Part shown: piece after piece, positions 46,562 through 55,979 of the stretch
How the letters are laid out: each line of letters starts with the position of its first letter
Position numbering within the stretch: position 1 is the first letter of the stretch
Assembly (NCBI GenBank): GCA_964566925.1
Contig: CAZMIZ010000003.1
Location: 30,792 to 94,791, forward strand
Reading direction: 5' to 3'
Length of the DNA: 64,000 nt
From: an uncultured Gammaproteobacteria bacterium
Lineage (GTDB): Bacteria; Patescibacteriota; Microgenomatia; PFEM01; DATLAM01
Translations under genes and position numbers: made by a program
Notes under the pieces: model-generated
Database searches by the model: none
Seen by the model: only the letters and a program-made list of their open reading frames with translations
Told to the model about the DNA's origin: nothing

Positions 46562-47482
46562 TTAAAGTTTTTCTCCTGCCCGCAGACAAGCACTTCTGCT
46601 CAAAGGATTATCTTTTATTTCTTCGGCTGTTGGCCGAACCGGTTTTTTGGTCAGAATGAGCCACTCTTCTTTCTCGGCTTTGGTTTTCAAAAAATTCTTG
46701 GCCAATCTATCTTCTCCCGAATGAAAGCTAATGATCACCAAACGTCCCCCTGATTTTAAAAGTTCACTGGCGGGCGGCAAGGCCGTTTTTAAATTTTCAA
46801 GCTCGCTATTAACCGCGATTCGTAAAGCCTGAAAAACCTGAGTCGCTGGATGGATTTTTTTAAATCTTTTTCTTTTTTGGTAAACCTCAGTGACCAAATC
46901 TGCCAGCTGGCTCGTTCTGGTAATCGGCTTCAGATGACGGGCGCTGACAACAGCATGAGCAATTGGCCTAGCCAGCTGTTCATCAGCCATTTTTTTAAAA
47001 AGCTCATCTAGCTCTCCTTCGCTCAGGCTATTAATTAAATCAGCGGCGGTGACCCCTAAACAAAGATCCAGCCGCATATCTAGGGGCCCATCAACCTGGA
47101 AGGAAAGCCCGCGTTGAGCATCGGCCAGTTGAAAACTGGCCACTCCCAGGTCAAAGAGAACCCCGGCGATGTTTTCAAAGTGATACTCTTTGGCAATCCC
47201 TTTTAAATCAACAAAATTGCCTTGAACTACCTGCCATGATGAAGCGCTTGGAGAAGCCTGAACCGATTGGTTCAGACTAGAGCAGACTGATCTCAAGCGC
47301 CTCTTCGCGTAAGCCACTGCCTTTGGATCCTGGTCAATTCCTAAAACGCTTCCCCCTCGTCTTAAAATCGCTTCAGCGTGTCCCCCCTCCCCAACAGTGG
47401 CATCAAGGTACTTTTCTCCCTTTTCAATTTGTAAAAACTCTAAAACTTCTTTTAAAAGAACTGGCTTATGACGCTTTTCCAT
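46562..47482 (-). CDS. rsmH: 16S rRNA m4C1402 methyltransferase RsmH (MraW)
   Basis: HKPVLLKEVLE start and SAM-binding pattern. Confidence 0.85.
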   Translation of the reverse strand: MEKRHKPVLLKEVLEFLQIEKGEKYLDATVGEGGHAEAILRRGGSVLGIDQDPKAVAYAKRRLRSVCSSLNQSVQASPSASSWQVVQGNFVDLKGIAKEYHFENIAGVLFDLGVASFQLADAQRGLSFQVDGPLDMRLDLCLGVTAADLINSLSEGELDELFKKMADEQLARPIAHAVVSARHLKPITRTSQLADLVTEVYQKRKRFKKIHPATQVFQALRIAVNSELENLKTALPPASELLKSGGRLVIISFHSGEDRLAKNFLKTKAEKEEWLILTKKPVRPTAEEIKDNPLSRSACLRAGEKL

Positions 47483-47606
47483 TGATGGCTTTCAGCCGAT
47501 ATTCTTTTTCCTCTCTTCCGTTTTTCTTGACTGCTGTTTGCTTAAGGATTTTTTCTAGCTTCTCTCTCATCTCTTCGCCATTAAGACGGACCACGATTGC
47601 CTCCTT

Positions 47607-48038
47607 TTAAATTCCTAGTTCGGTCAATCTTTCGGCAATTGATTCACTCTGACTTTCAATCTTTTTAAGATAATGATTAAATTGTTTTTTGCCCCAAATT
47701 TCAATTCGATCTAGGGCGCCGGCAACGATTATCTTTTTTTCAATTTGAGCCATTTTTCGTAATCTTTCCGGAATTAAAATTCTGCCTTGACGATCCAACT
47801 CAACATCAAAAGCGCCAAAAGTTAAAAGTCGAGCAAAAGCCCGGGCATCTTTCCTGGTCAAAGGGGCGGCCGCGAGCTTTTTGGCTAAAATCTCCCATTT
47901 CCTTTTAGAAAAAAGGAATAAACAGCCGTCAAGTCCCTCAGTAAGAACACCTCCGGTAGCCAACTCTTTCCGAAACTTTTTCGGGATCGAGAGCCTCCCT
48001 TTAGCTTCAAGATGGTGTTCATAATGGCCGAGAAACAT
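47607..48038 (-). CDS. mraZ: Transcriptional regulator MraZ
   Basis: MFLGHYEHHLEAKGRLSIP and duplicated MraZ domains. Confidence 0.9.
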   Translation of the reverse strand: MFLGHYEHHLEAKGRLSIPKKFRKELATGGVLTEGLDGCLFLFSKRKWEILAKKLAAAPLTRKDARAFARLLTFGAFDVELDRQGRILIPERLRKMAQIEKKIIVAGALDRIEIWGKKQFNHYLKKIESQSESIAERLTELGI

Positions 48039-48059
48039 TTGTCCTATAATTTTCTTTTC

Positions 48060-48089
48060 TTACCACTTCTTACCACTTTATACCATTTT
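48060..48089 (-). promoter_or_regulatory. Three 10-bp direct repeats (minus strand: ATGGTATAAA GTGGTAAGAA GTGGTAAGAA), the likely MraZ operator
   Basis: Read directly; matches the known GTGG(G/T)-type MraZ repeats with 10-bp phasing, 20-50 nt upstream of the mraZ ATG. Confidence 0.6.
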
Positions 48090-48276
48090 GAAATACTTTT
48101 ATACCTCTTGTCAAGCCCCAAAACCAGAACAAAGTTCGGTTTGGGGCGCAGACCCCTCCAAAATCGCTCTTCGAGCCGTATTCGAATAGAATTAAAAAGG
48201 CGAGAAGTAAGATTGGTGGGGTCAAGAGGCAATTTTCATGAAACAAATAAGAGAGAGCGAGAAAAACTATCCGAAG

Positions 48277-49071
48277 CTATTCAGGAGCAACAACGATAAA
48301 GGTCGCCAGCTTGGCTACTTCAGCCGAGACAGTGGTCCCTTTAATTATCAAACCTTCAGTCTCTTTTTGCCAGGCCGTGCCTGTCCAACTTAAAAGCTCA
48401 ACTTCTTCGGCTTCTTCTGTCAAAGCCAGATTTACTTCTCCGCTTTTGATCGTCTCCTGACCAGAAGTGAAAAAGCCGTAGGGTCCACCGATAACTTTCC
48501 CTTCCACCTCATCTGGTAAACCCACGGTCGGCATCGTTAGATAAAAATCGCTGGTGGCCAGCTTGCCGCTTAAAGAAAGATCATTGTCAATTGAAGTTAA
48601 CTCGCTTTCTCCTTGCTGAAGATGAAACTCAATGATAAATTTTCTTACCCCTTCATCGCTCCGAAAACGCAAAGTGAGTGTTCCCTCAGTGACCCCCTCG
48701 TCGTAGCGATAGTGACCTCTTGATTCGGTTCCCAAAAGAATTTTCTTAGTGTAACTCGTTTCTCCTTCAAGGTCAACGGCATTAGTGCTACCTTGAGTCA
48801 CTCCACTGGCAGTATCGTAAACCAGCTCATATTCAACCGAGTCCCCATGTCTGATCCTGGTGATTTCTAAAGTCAACCAATGACCGTCCTGGCTGGGAGT
48901 GAGGGTAACATAAGGGCGTTCTTCAAGGGGAGTTTCAATTAATTTTCCTTCAGGGGTGGGTGTGGGAGTGGCCGAACCGCCTTGGCCTTTGCCTCTTAAA
49001 TACCAAAATCCCCCGCCTAAAAGAGCCAAAACAGCAACGACCACCAGAATGATTGTTAACGGCTTTTTCAT
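48277..49071 (-). CDS. Secreted or membrane-anchored hypothetical protein, 264 aa
   Basis: N-terminal TM/signal segment and a TPTPTP linker. Confidence 0.5.
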   Translation of the reverse strand: MKKPLTIILVVVAVLALLGGGFWYLRGKGQGGSATPTPTPEGKLIETPLEERPYVTLTPSQDGHWLTLEITRIRHGDSVEYELVYDTASGVTQGSTNAVDLEGETSYTKKILLGTESRGHYRYDEGVTEGTLTLRFRSDEGVRKFIIEFHLQQGESELTSIDNDLSLSGKLATSDFYLTMPTVGLPDEVEGKVIGGPYGFFTSGQETIKSGEVNLALTEEAEEVELLSWTGTAWQKETEGLIIKGTTVSAEVAKLATFIVVAPE

Positions 49072-50402
49072 TGGTTTAGTTTATTCTGAAAAGAATTTTT
49101 TAATTTGTCAACCTTCAATCTGGTTTGTTTCATTGAGTCCCTGTCTCGAATCGTGACCGTATCGTCCTTTAAAGTCTGATAGTCGATAGTTAAACACCAA
49201 GGGGTCCCAATTTCGTCTTGGCGCCGGTAGCGTTTACCAATATTTCCAATGTCATCCCAGGTGGAAGCAAAATAAGGTTTAAGGGTTTCATAAACTTTTC
49301 TGGCCTTTTTCACTAACTCTGGTTTGTTGGCCAAAAGGGGGAAAACGGCTATTTTATAAGGCGCCAGTAATGGATTGAGTGATAAAACTACTCGAACACC
49401 ATCCTTACCCTGTCCCGTGTTCTGCGCAGCAGAATTTACGGGAGCCTTTTCCTCATGATAAGCATCAATAATCAAAGCCAAAAGCATCCGCTCAACTCCT
49501 AAAGAGGGTTCCACCACATAAGGATAAAACTTCTTTCCTTTTTCGTCTTGGAAATGTAAATCCTTGCCTAAAAACTTTGAATGATTTTTAAGATCGAAAT
49601 CGGTTCGATTGGCAATTCCTTCTAGCTCGGCCCAACCAAAGGGGTATTGGTATTCGATATCCACCGTCCGCTTGGAATAATGGGCTAAAGATTTTTTGGG
49701 ATGTTCAAAATAGTGTAACTTTTTCTGGCTAAGGCCTAATTCCAGATGCCATTTCAGCCGTTCTTTCAACCAATATTCAAACCATTTCTCATCAGTTCCC
49801 GGCCTAACAAAATACTCTAGTTCCATCATGTTAAACTCTCGATCCCGGAAGATAAAATTGCCGGTCGTGATTTCGTTGCGGAAACCCTTACCAATCTGGG
49901 CAATCCCAAAAGGAAGTTTGGGTTGAACAGAGTCCACGACATTGGCAAAATTAATAAAAATTCCTTGACAGGTTTCCGGCCGGAGATAAGCCTTGTTGGC
50001 CGTCTCTTTAGCTGGACCAACAAAGGTTTCAAACATTAAGTTAAATTGCTTGACTTGAGCTAATTCCCCACCACATTCAGGACAGCGGTTGCTCTTAAGA
50101 TGATCAGCCCGAAAGCGCCGATGGCATTTTTTACATTCCCTTAAGGGGTCGGTGAAAGAAAGAGTGTGACCGGAAGCCTCCCAGACCCGAGGGTTATGAA
50201 TAATGGTTGAATCCAAGCCAAAAACTTCATCCCGGTGGCTAACGATCGTCTTCCACCAATGCGCTTTGATATTTTTCACTAGTTCCACCCCTAGCGGGCC
50301 AAAATCCCAAAGCCCACCGATTCCTCCGTAAATTTCAGAGGAAGGAAAAATAAAACCCCTTCTTTTACAGAGACTAACCACTTTTTCCATTAGATTAGCC
50401 AT
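49068..50402 (-). CDS. glyQS: Glycyl-tRNA synthetase, dimeric alpha2 type, with a Zn-ribbon insertion (alternative longer start at 50453)
   Basis: RRGFIFPSSEIYGGIGGLWDFGPLG class II motif; CKKCH...CPECGG. Confidence 0.8.
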   Translation of the reverse strand: MANLMEKVVSLCKRRGFIFPSSEIYGGIGGLWDFGPLGVELVKNIKAHWWKTIVSHRDEVFGLDSTIIHNPRVWEASGHTLSFTDPLRECKKCHRRFRADHLKSNRCPECGGELAQVKQFNLMFETFVGPAKETANKAYLRPETCQGIFINFANVVDSVQPKLPFGIAQIGKGFRNEITTGNFIFRDREFNMMELEYFVRPGTDEKWFEYWLKERLKWHLELGLSQKKLHYFEHPKKSLAHYSKRTVDIEYQYPFGWAELEGIANRTDFDLKNHSKFLGKDLHFQDEKGKKFYPYVVEPSLGVERMLLALIIDAYHEEKAPVNSAAQNTGQGKDGVRVVLSLNPLLAPYKIAVFPLLANKPELVKKARKVYETLKPYFASTWDDIGNIGKRYRRQDEIGTPWCLTIDYQTLKDDTVTIRDRDSMKQTRLKVDKLKNSFQNKLNQ

Positions 50403-50503
50403 ACTCTTAATATCCTTCGGACCCCTCATTGGTCTCGATATTTTTCGTTTCACTCTAAATATAACCCATCCACGCTCAGCAAGTCAAACCAGAGAGAAAT
50501 AAA

Positions 50504-51049
50504 CTAACTAAGTCGGCGGAGAATCTTAGGAGACTTGATCTTGGCTTCAATAATCGTCTCAATATAGTTTTTAAGGCTCTCTGAACGATTCTGAAGCGCC
50601 TCAGGCACGCCGAAACCTAATTCATTAAGGAGCTGTTCTTCAAACCCCCTGACCAGCTCTAAAAGACGCTCTTGGCCAATCTCGGCCAGAGAATCTTTTA
50701 AAAGCTCAAAAACGGCTCGGTTTTCCTGGCCTTCTGGGGTCAATCTATCCACTAACTCGCAAAAATAATAGGCCACCCCCACTTTCTTCAAATCCTGGCG
50801 CCAATTTTTATAGGAGTTTAAAACCTGGGCTTCAGAAAGAAGATCAAAATTCCTGCCTCGAGATAAGAAAAGAGCGACATGATTAAAAACTTCAACATTC
50901 CCCCCTCTTCGGCTGGTTATTTTACGCACCCCTTTGGCAATGGCTTTAATTTTTCCGTAGTGTTTAGTGAAGATGGTGAGGATCCGATCCGCTTCACCAA
51001 TATTAATTCTTTTGAGGATAACGCCTTCGGTTCGATAGGTTTTCCCCAT
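50504..51049 (-). CDS. recO: RecO-like recombination mediator, short (181 aa)
   Basis: N-terminal OB-fold pattern EGVILKRINIGEADRILTIFTKHYGKI. Confidence 0.6.
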   Translation of the reverse strand: MGKTYRTEGVILKRINIGEADRILTIFTKHYGKIKAIAKGVRKITSRRGGNVEVFNHVALFLSRGRNFDLLSEAQVLNSYKNWRQDLKKVGVAYYFCELVDRLTPEGQENRAVFELLKDSLAEIGQERLLELVRGFEEQLLNELGFGVPEALQNRSESLKNYIETIIEAKIKSPKILRRLS

Positions 51050-51050
51050 C

Positions 51051-53051
51051 CTAAATTCTAAACCGGAGCTCTTTGTCTGTTTTCAGTTCAAAGCTCTCTT
51101 CTTGGCCATCAAGGACCACCTGGTACTCATAGCCATAAGTTCCTGGCTGTTTTTGGATAAGAAGTTTATATTCTGAGCCTGACTCTACTTGGAAAGGCAA
51201 CTTATACTTAAAAACTAGCTGGGTTTTCCCTAGCGGCCGTAAGGCCGTGTTGGAGGTTAGGCCATAAAAAGCCTCAAAAACGGTCTTACCCAGCTCCTCA
51301 TAGGTTTCGACCTCCACTTCTGAGCCTTGGGATTCAATCAACTCGCTGCCCTGGGGAACGTAAACTCTGACCCAATCTCGATAAAGTCCGTTAAGGCAGA
51401 GTTCGCCACTTTCCAGGTTACAATCCGAAGCCGGTTCAGGATTTTTGTAGTCAATGGTGATCGTTTTGATTACCTCTCCATTAGAACCAATCTCAATTTT
51501 TTGTTCCACCGTCTCGCGGATATACATGTTCGATTTTGCCCCAGCAAAATTAGTATCGTTAATATGAAGATAGTCACCATCAAAATCTTTAAGATGACCA
51601 GAGGCATTTAAGGCCTCCATTCCCTCCTGAATATCTTCTTCAAAAAAGTAGAAAAGGAGATGTTTCTCCTGAATCGCTGAGAGGGCAACATTAAAGAATT
51701 CCGGCCATTTCTTTCGCGGTGAACCCATGATGTTTAAGAGAATTGAGTGCATTAACGGCCCAATAATTCCCTTTCGATCCTCTCTTAAAGTGCCCACCGG
51801 CTTGTCGGCATAACGCTCAAGTTCATAGAAAACCTGAGGGCAATTACAGCGAGGATCCTCTTCGGCCGAGAAATTGCCAAACTCGGGAACACCAATCGGC
51901 CCCAAAACCTTTATTAGTTCTACCAAAAATTGGGTATCGACAGCAATAATCGCGTCGGCTTCAATCGATCCCGAGGTTAATTGATAGTTTTCCCAAAAAG
52001 TATCCATAGAAACCGTAAAATCAGGCGAAAGGTTCATATCCCGAAGGTACCAATAAGGAACATTAGGCAGATATTTAAGAATCGCTTCTGGCGCCTTAAT
52101 CCGTTTAGAAAAACGGGCGTCAAGAGCATAGATATCATGAGAAGAAACTAAATTAAACTTACCGTTATGAACCGAAAGAATCGCGTAAGCAGTCATAAAA
52201 CCACCGGTCGGTCGAAGTTCGGCATCGTTTTGAAAAAGGAAGAAATATTTTTTCTCGTCAGGAACGCCTAAAAGCGGCCGAAGATAACTAACCACTGGCT
52301 TAATCTCGCTAGCAAGTTGGGCCGAACTGTCAATCATCTTCACCGCCGCAACAATCTTCTCTCGAATTTTTTTACCAAAAAGCGTCTCTGGATAGCGATC
52401 GGGGTTGATCTGATCAATCTCTTCTCTGGCAAGATCCAGTTTTTCACTAATCTGGTCAAGGCTAGGCTGAAGTTTATCTAAAGTATCTAAGGCCAACATT
52501 AACCGCTCTTCGGTGGTCATTTCTTCAGGTTTTTTTACCTCTCCCTCCCCTTCTCCTTCCAAGCCAAGAATGTCAGCATAAGGCTGAAGCGCTTCGAGGG
52601 CGATATCACCGGCCTCTAGGAGATATTCACCACCACCGATAAGATGCTGGCCGTCTTGATAAAAACCTCCCAGGAAGGGGATTGGTTTCAACCAAATTAA
52701 TTTATGGTAATCAGCTTTTACCTTTTCCAGTCCCGCCTTAGTGGTGGCCAGTCTTTCTACTGACTGATTAAAATTCTGAGACTGAATCCCTTCGGCGATC
52801 CCTTTCGCCTCTTGAGTAAGTTGGTTAACATCGTTTTTAATTTGGATTAAGGGTATTAGCCCAAAAAGAACGCCAAAAATCAAAAGGACACCCAAGACGC
52901 CCCCAACAACCAAAAGCTTCTTTTTGCTAAATTTTGGCCGCCAACTCAGCTTTTGTTTAAAACGTTCTTTTAAAGAAAGAACAGGAGTCTCGGTTTCTTT
53001 AGATAATTCGATTTTCTGGTCTAGTGGATCAGCCATTTTGAATCCTCTCAA
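51051..53051 (-). CDS. DUF4012-like membrane-anchored extracytoplasmic protein, 666 aa
   Basis: N-terminal TM segment; LFQNDAELRPTGGFM resembles the DUF4012 core. Confidence 0.5.
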   Translation of the reverse strand: MRGFKMADPLDQKIELSKETETPVLSLKERFKQKLSWRPKFSKKKLLVVGGVLGVLLIFGVLFGLIPLIQIKNDVNQLTQEAKGIAEGIQSQNFNQSVERLATTKAGLEKVKADYHKLIWLKPIPFLGGFYQDGQHLIGGGEYLLEAGDIALEALQPYADILGLEGEGEGEVKKPEEMTTEERLMLALDTLDKLQPSLDQISEKLDLAREEIDQINPDRYPETLFGKKIREKIVAAVKMIDSSAQLASEIKPVVSYLRPLLGVPDEKKYFFLFQNDAELRPTGGFMTAYAILSVHNGKFNLVSSHDIYALDARFSKRIKAPEAILKYLPNVPYWYLRDMNLSPDFTVSMDTFWENYQLTSGSIEADAIIAVDTQFLVELIKVLGPIGVPEFGNFSAEEDPRCNCPQVFYELERYADKPVGTLREDRKGIIGPLMHSILLNIMGSPRKKWPEFFNVALSAIQEKHLLFYFFEEDIQEGMEALNASGHLKDFDGDYLHINDTNFAGAKSNMYIRETVEQKIEIGSNGEVIKTITIDYKNPEPASDCNLESGELCLNGLYRDWVRVYVPQGSELIESQGSEVEVETYEELGKTVFEAFYGLTSNTALRPLGKTQLVFKYKLPFQVESGSEYKLLIQKQPGTYGYEYQVVLDGQEESFELKTDKELRFRI

Positions 53052-53070
53052 ACGAGATCGTCTTCATTCG

Positions 53071-53110
53071 TGGTTGCACTACTCCTGCCCTTAGCAGGAG
53101 CGCCTGGCAA
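53071..53110 (-). promoter_or_regulatory. Nested stem-loop (GTTGC...CTCCTGC-CCTTA-GCAGGAG...GCAAC) between the PGT gene and the DUF4012 gene
   Basis: Perfect 7-bp inner stem plus 5-bp outer stem; no T-run. Confidence 0.35.
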
Positions 53111-53118
53111 CCGATAAA

Positions 53119-53757
53119 TTAAAGCGCTCCCTTCCCTGAAAGCATCACCCAAGGTGTTTTGAAAATAATGGTTAAATCATGAAGGATTGAGCGCCTTCTT
53201 ACATAGTCTACATCCATTTTGACTCTCTTGTCAAAATTAATTTCACTCCTTCCAGTGACTTGCCAATAGCCGGTAATGCCTGGCTTAGCCAGAAGAAGTT
53301 CTTTGACATACCGACGCGTCTTCGGGTATTTCTTTTGTTGCTCTTTTAATTCATCAGGATAATAAGCGCGGGGGCCGACAACACTCATTTCCCCCTTGAG
53401 GACATTAAAAACCTGAGGTAATTCATCTAAGGAAAACCGACGCAAAAAGGTGCCCACTCTAGTTACCCGCGGGTCATCTTTAAGTTTATAGCTGTTTTTT
53501 TTGTATTGCTCGTAGAGGCGGCGAAAGTGGGGATCGGTTCTTAGAAGACGATGGGCGTCGGCAATCATCGAGCGAAACTTATACATACGAAAGCCTTTTT
53601 TATCTTTACCCACCCGCCTGGGAATTTCGGCAAAAACCGGACCCGGCGAATCGAGCTTAATCAGGATAGGAATGAACAAAAGGATAGGAGAGAAAACAAT
53701 AATCAAAACTATTGCTAGCAGAATGTCAATCAGTCTTTTTAGGACGTCATATAACAT
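53119..53757 (-). CDS. Small polyprenyl-phosphate phosphoglycosyl transferase (Bac_transf family)
   Basis: KFRSM...PQ...VVGPR C-terminal catalytic pattern and one TM segment. Confidence 0.8.
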   Translation of the reverse strand: MLYDVLKRLIDILLAIVLIIVFSPILLFIPILIKLDSPGPVFAEIPRRVGKDKKGFRMYKFRSMIADAHRLLRTDPHFRRLYEQYKKNSYKLKDDPRVTRVGTFLRRFSLDELPQVFNVLKGEMSVVGPRAYYPDELKEQQKKYPKTRRYVKELLLAKPGITGYWQVTGRSEINFDKRVKMDVDYVRRRSILHDLTIIFKTPWVMLSGKGAL

Positions 53758-53787
53758 TTTGGGCAGTCAAGATTATAGCACACGCTC

Positions 53788-54906
53788 TCAAAGATATCCG
53801 TTCTTCCCGAGTTTCTTAATCTTTTGGACCAGCTTTTTAACTTCTTCTGCTTTCTCTTTTGGACAAATCAAAAGGGCGTCTTTAGTGTCTATGATTACCA
53901 TTCCCTCAACGTCCACCGCCGCAATCAGTTGATCGTCAAAATGAATCAAACTATTTCTGGTATTAATACCGATAAACTCTCCTCTTTTCCCAAATTGGAT
54001 AACCACATTTCCGTCTTTGTCTTTTTTAGATTCGTCATAAACTACCTTCCAATCTCCAATATCAACCCAGCCAAATTTCCCTTCCACCATTAAGAAATTC
54101 TTTGCCCTTTCGGAAACAGCATAATCAATGGCAATTCCCGTCACTTGTTGATAAACCTTTTGGATCGTTGCCTTTTCATCACTTCGACCAACAGCTGCTT
54201 CTATTCTCTCTAGCCCTTTCCCGATTTCTGGTTCATGTTTTCTAAGGGCTTCAAGAATCGTGTCCGCTCGCCAAACATATTCATTGGCATTCCAAAAATA
54301 ATGACCACTTTCAGTAAACTTTTTGGCTGTTGTCAAATCCGGTTTTTCAGTAAAAGACTCAACCTTGTAAATCGGCATTTTGTCTATTCTTTTAATTACC
54401 TTCTTAGCCTTGATGTGCCCCATTCCGGTATGGGGATAGTCTGGTTTAATCCCAACGGCCACCAACCAATCGCCATCATAGGCAACTTGACTGGCTACCA
54501 AAAGAGTCTTTTGATAGAGGCGTAAATTCTGGATGGGGTGATCAGCACTCTCGTTGAGAATGACCGCTTCTGGGTCAATCTTTTTTATATAAACGGCTCC
54601 TAAACCATGGGCAATGGCCGTATTGCGACGCATTGGTTCAACGATAATATTTTTCTTGGGAATCTTGGGAACCTGCTTCTGAACAATTCGGCCGTAATCA
54701 GCAGTGGTGGTCACCACGAAAATTCTATCCCAAGAGATAAACTCTCCAAACCGCTTGGCGGTTAATTGAAAAATGCTTTCCTTGCCTGTTAATCTGGCAA
54801 ACTGTTTTGGAAATTTATTTCTAGAACGAGGCCAGAGACGAGTTCCTCCTCCACCACAGAGAATCAAGGCAAACAAATGTTTTTTTACTGCCTCCATTTT
54901 CTCCAT
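53788..54906 (-). CDS. manC: Mannose-1-phosphate guanylyltransferase
   Basis: ILCGGGGTRLWPRSR nucleotidyltransferase loop. Confidence 0.75.
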   Translation of the reverse strand: MEKMEAVKKHLFALILCGGGGTRLWPRSRNKFPKQFARLTGKESIFQLTAKRFGEFISWDRIFVVTTTADYGRIVQKQVPKIPKKNIIVEPMRRNTAIAHGLGAVYIKKIDPEAVILNESADHPIQNLRLYQKTLLVASQVAYDGDWLVAVGIKPDYPHTGMGHIKAKKVIKRIDKMPIYKVESFTEKPDLTTAKKFTESGHYFWNANEYVWRADTILEALRKHEPEIGKGLERIEAAVGRSDEKATIQKVYQQVTGIAIDYAVSERAKNFLMVEGKFGWVDIGDWKVVYDESKKDKDGNVVIQFGKRGEFIGINTRNSLIHFDDQLIAAVDVEGMVIIDTKDALLICPKEKAEEVKKLVQKIKKLGKNGYL

Positions 54907-55979
54907 TCTTCCTCGACTATCTTTTTAAATTTAATTTTAAATCTTTCTTGATCAAATCTGGCTGCGCTTTTTCGGCATTCAACTGGATCGTAATTTTCAG
55001 ATTCAAACCTTTTTAAGGCTTTTACTAAGGCTTCAACTGTCTGGGGGTAAAAAAAGCTTCCGGTCACCCTCCTAACAACGCTTTCAAGGGCTCCCCCACC
55101 CTGATAGGCAATTACTGGTCGGCCGCAAGCTTGAACCTCTAAAGGTACGAGGCCGAAATCTTCCTCTTGAGGAAAGATTAAGGCACGACATCCTTGATAG
55201 TAACCTAAAAGCTGGTTGTCTGTCAATTGGCCAAAAAATTCGATGTTTTTTTTGGCCATTCTTTTGAGCCGCTCCATCTCCCGGCCAACCCCAATAATTT
55301 TTAAAGGCCAACCCAACTGGTTGAAGGCCTTAATGGCGAGCTCAACCCGTTTATAGCCAAAATCCAATCTGGAAATAAGTAGAAAATAGGGTTCTGCCTG
55401 CGGCCTTTGGTTTCCTGTTTTCCATTTTTGAGTATCAACTGGCGGATAAACCACTTTCGACTCTCTCCCATAATATTTTTTAATCCTGCCAGCCACATTT
55501 TTGGAAATAGCCAAATAAATATCTGGCCTTTGGGCAGCTACTTGGTCCCAGCGCCGAAGATAAGCCACGATTGGTCTGGTTAGAAAACGGAAAGTTTTGT
55601 TTCGAAAATAATCCTGGTAGCCGCTCCAAAGATAACGAGTTGGCGTCAGGCAATAACAAAGATGTAAAGTTTGGGGTTTAGTAATAATTCCCTTGGCCGC
55701 TTCGCTGGTAACGGAAATAACCAAATCATATTGGTCAAAAGTAAAGGACTCAAAAGCTAAAGGCATTAAAGGGGCTAAGATTTCGTGTTGGGTTTTAACC
55801 AAAGGAAAGCGGTTTAAAAAAGAAGGGATTACCTTGAATTTTTCTGCCCACGGGGCTGTTTGGGGATGATAGACAGAGGTATAAAGGGGCGCTCCTGGCC
55901 AAATTTCATGAAGAACCCCTAGGACTCTTTCGGCTCCTCCGATTTTATTGACTCGATCATAAACTAAAGCAACTCTCAT
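54885..55979 (-). CDS. GT4 glycosyltransferase
   Basis: EDFGLVPLEVQACGRPVIA. Confidence 0.75.
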   Translation of the reverse strand: MRVALVYDRVNKIGGAERVLGVLHEIWPGAPLYTSVYHPQTAPWAEKFKVIPSFLNRFPLVKTQHEILAPLMPLAFESFTFDQYDLVISVTSEAAKGIITKPQTLHLCYCLTPTRYLWSGYQDYFRNKTFRFLTRPIVAYLRRWDQVAAQRPDIYLAISKNVAGRIKKYYGRESKVVYPPVDTQKWKTGNQRPQAEPYFLLISRLDFGYKRVELAIKAFNQLGWPLKIIGVGREMERLKRMAKKNIEFFGQLTDNQLLGYYQGCRALIFPQEEDFGLVPLEVQACGRPVIAYQGGGALESVVRRVTGSFFYPQTVEALVKALKRFESENYDPVECRKSAARFDQERFKIKFKKIVEEEWRKWRQ

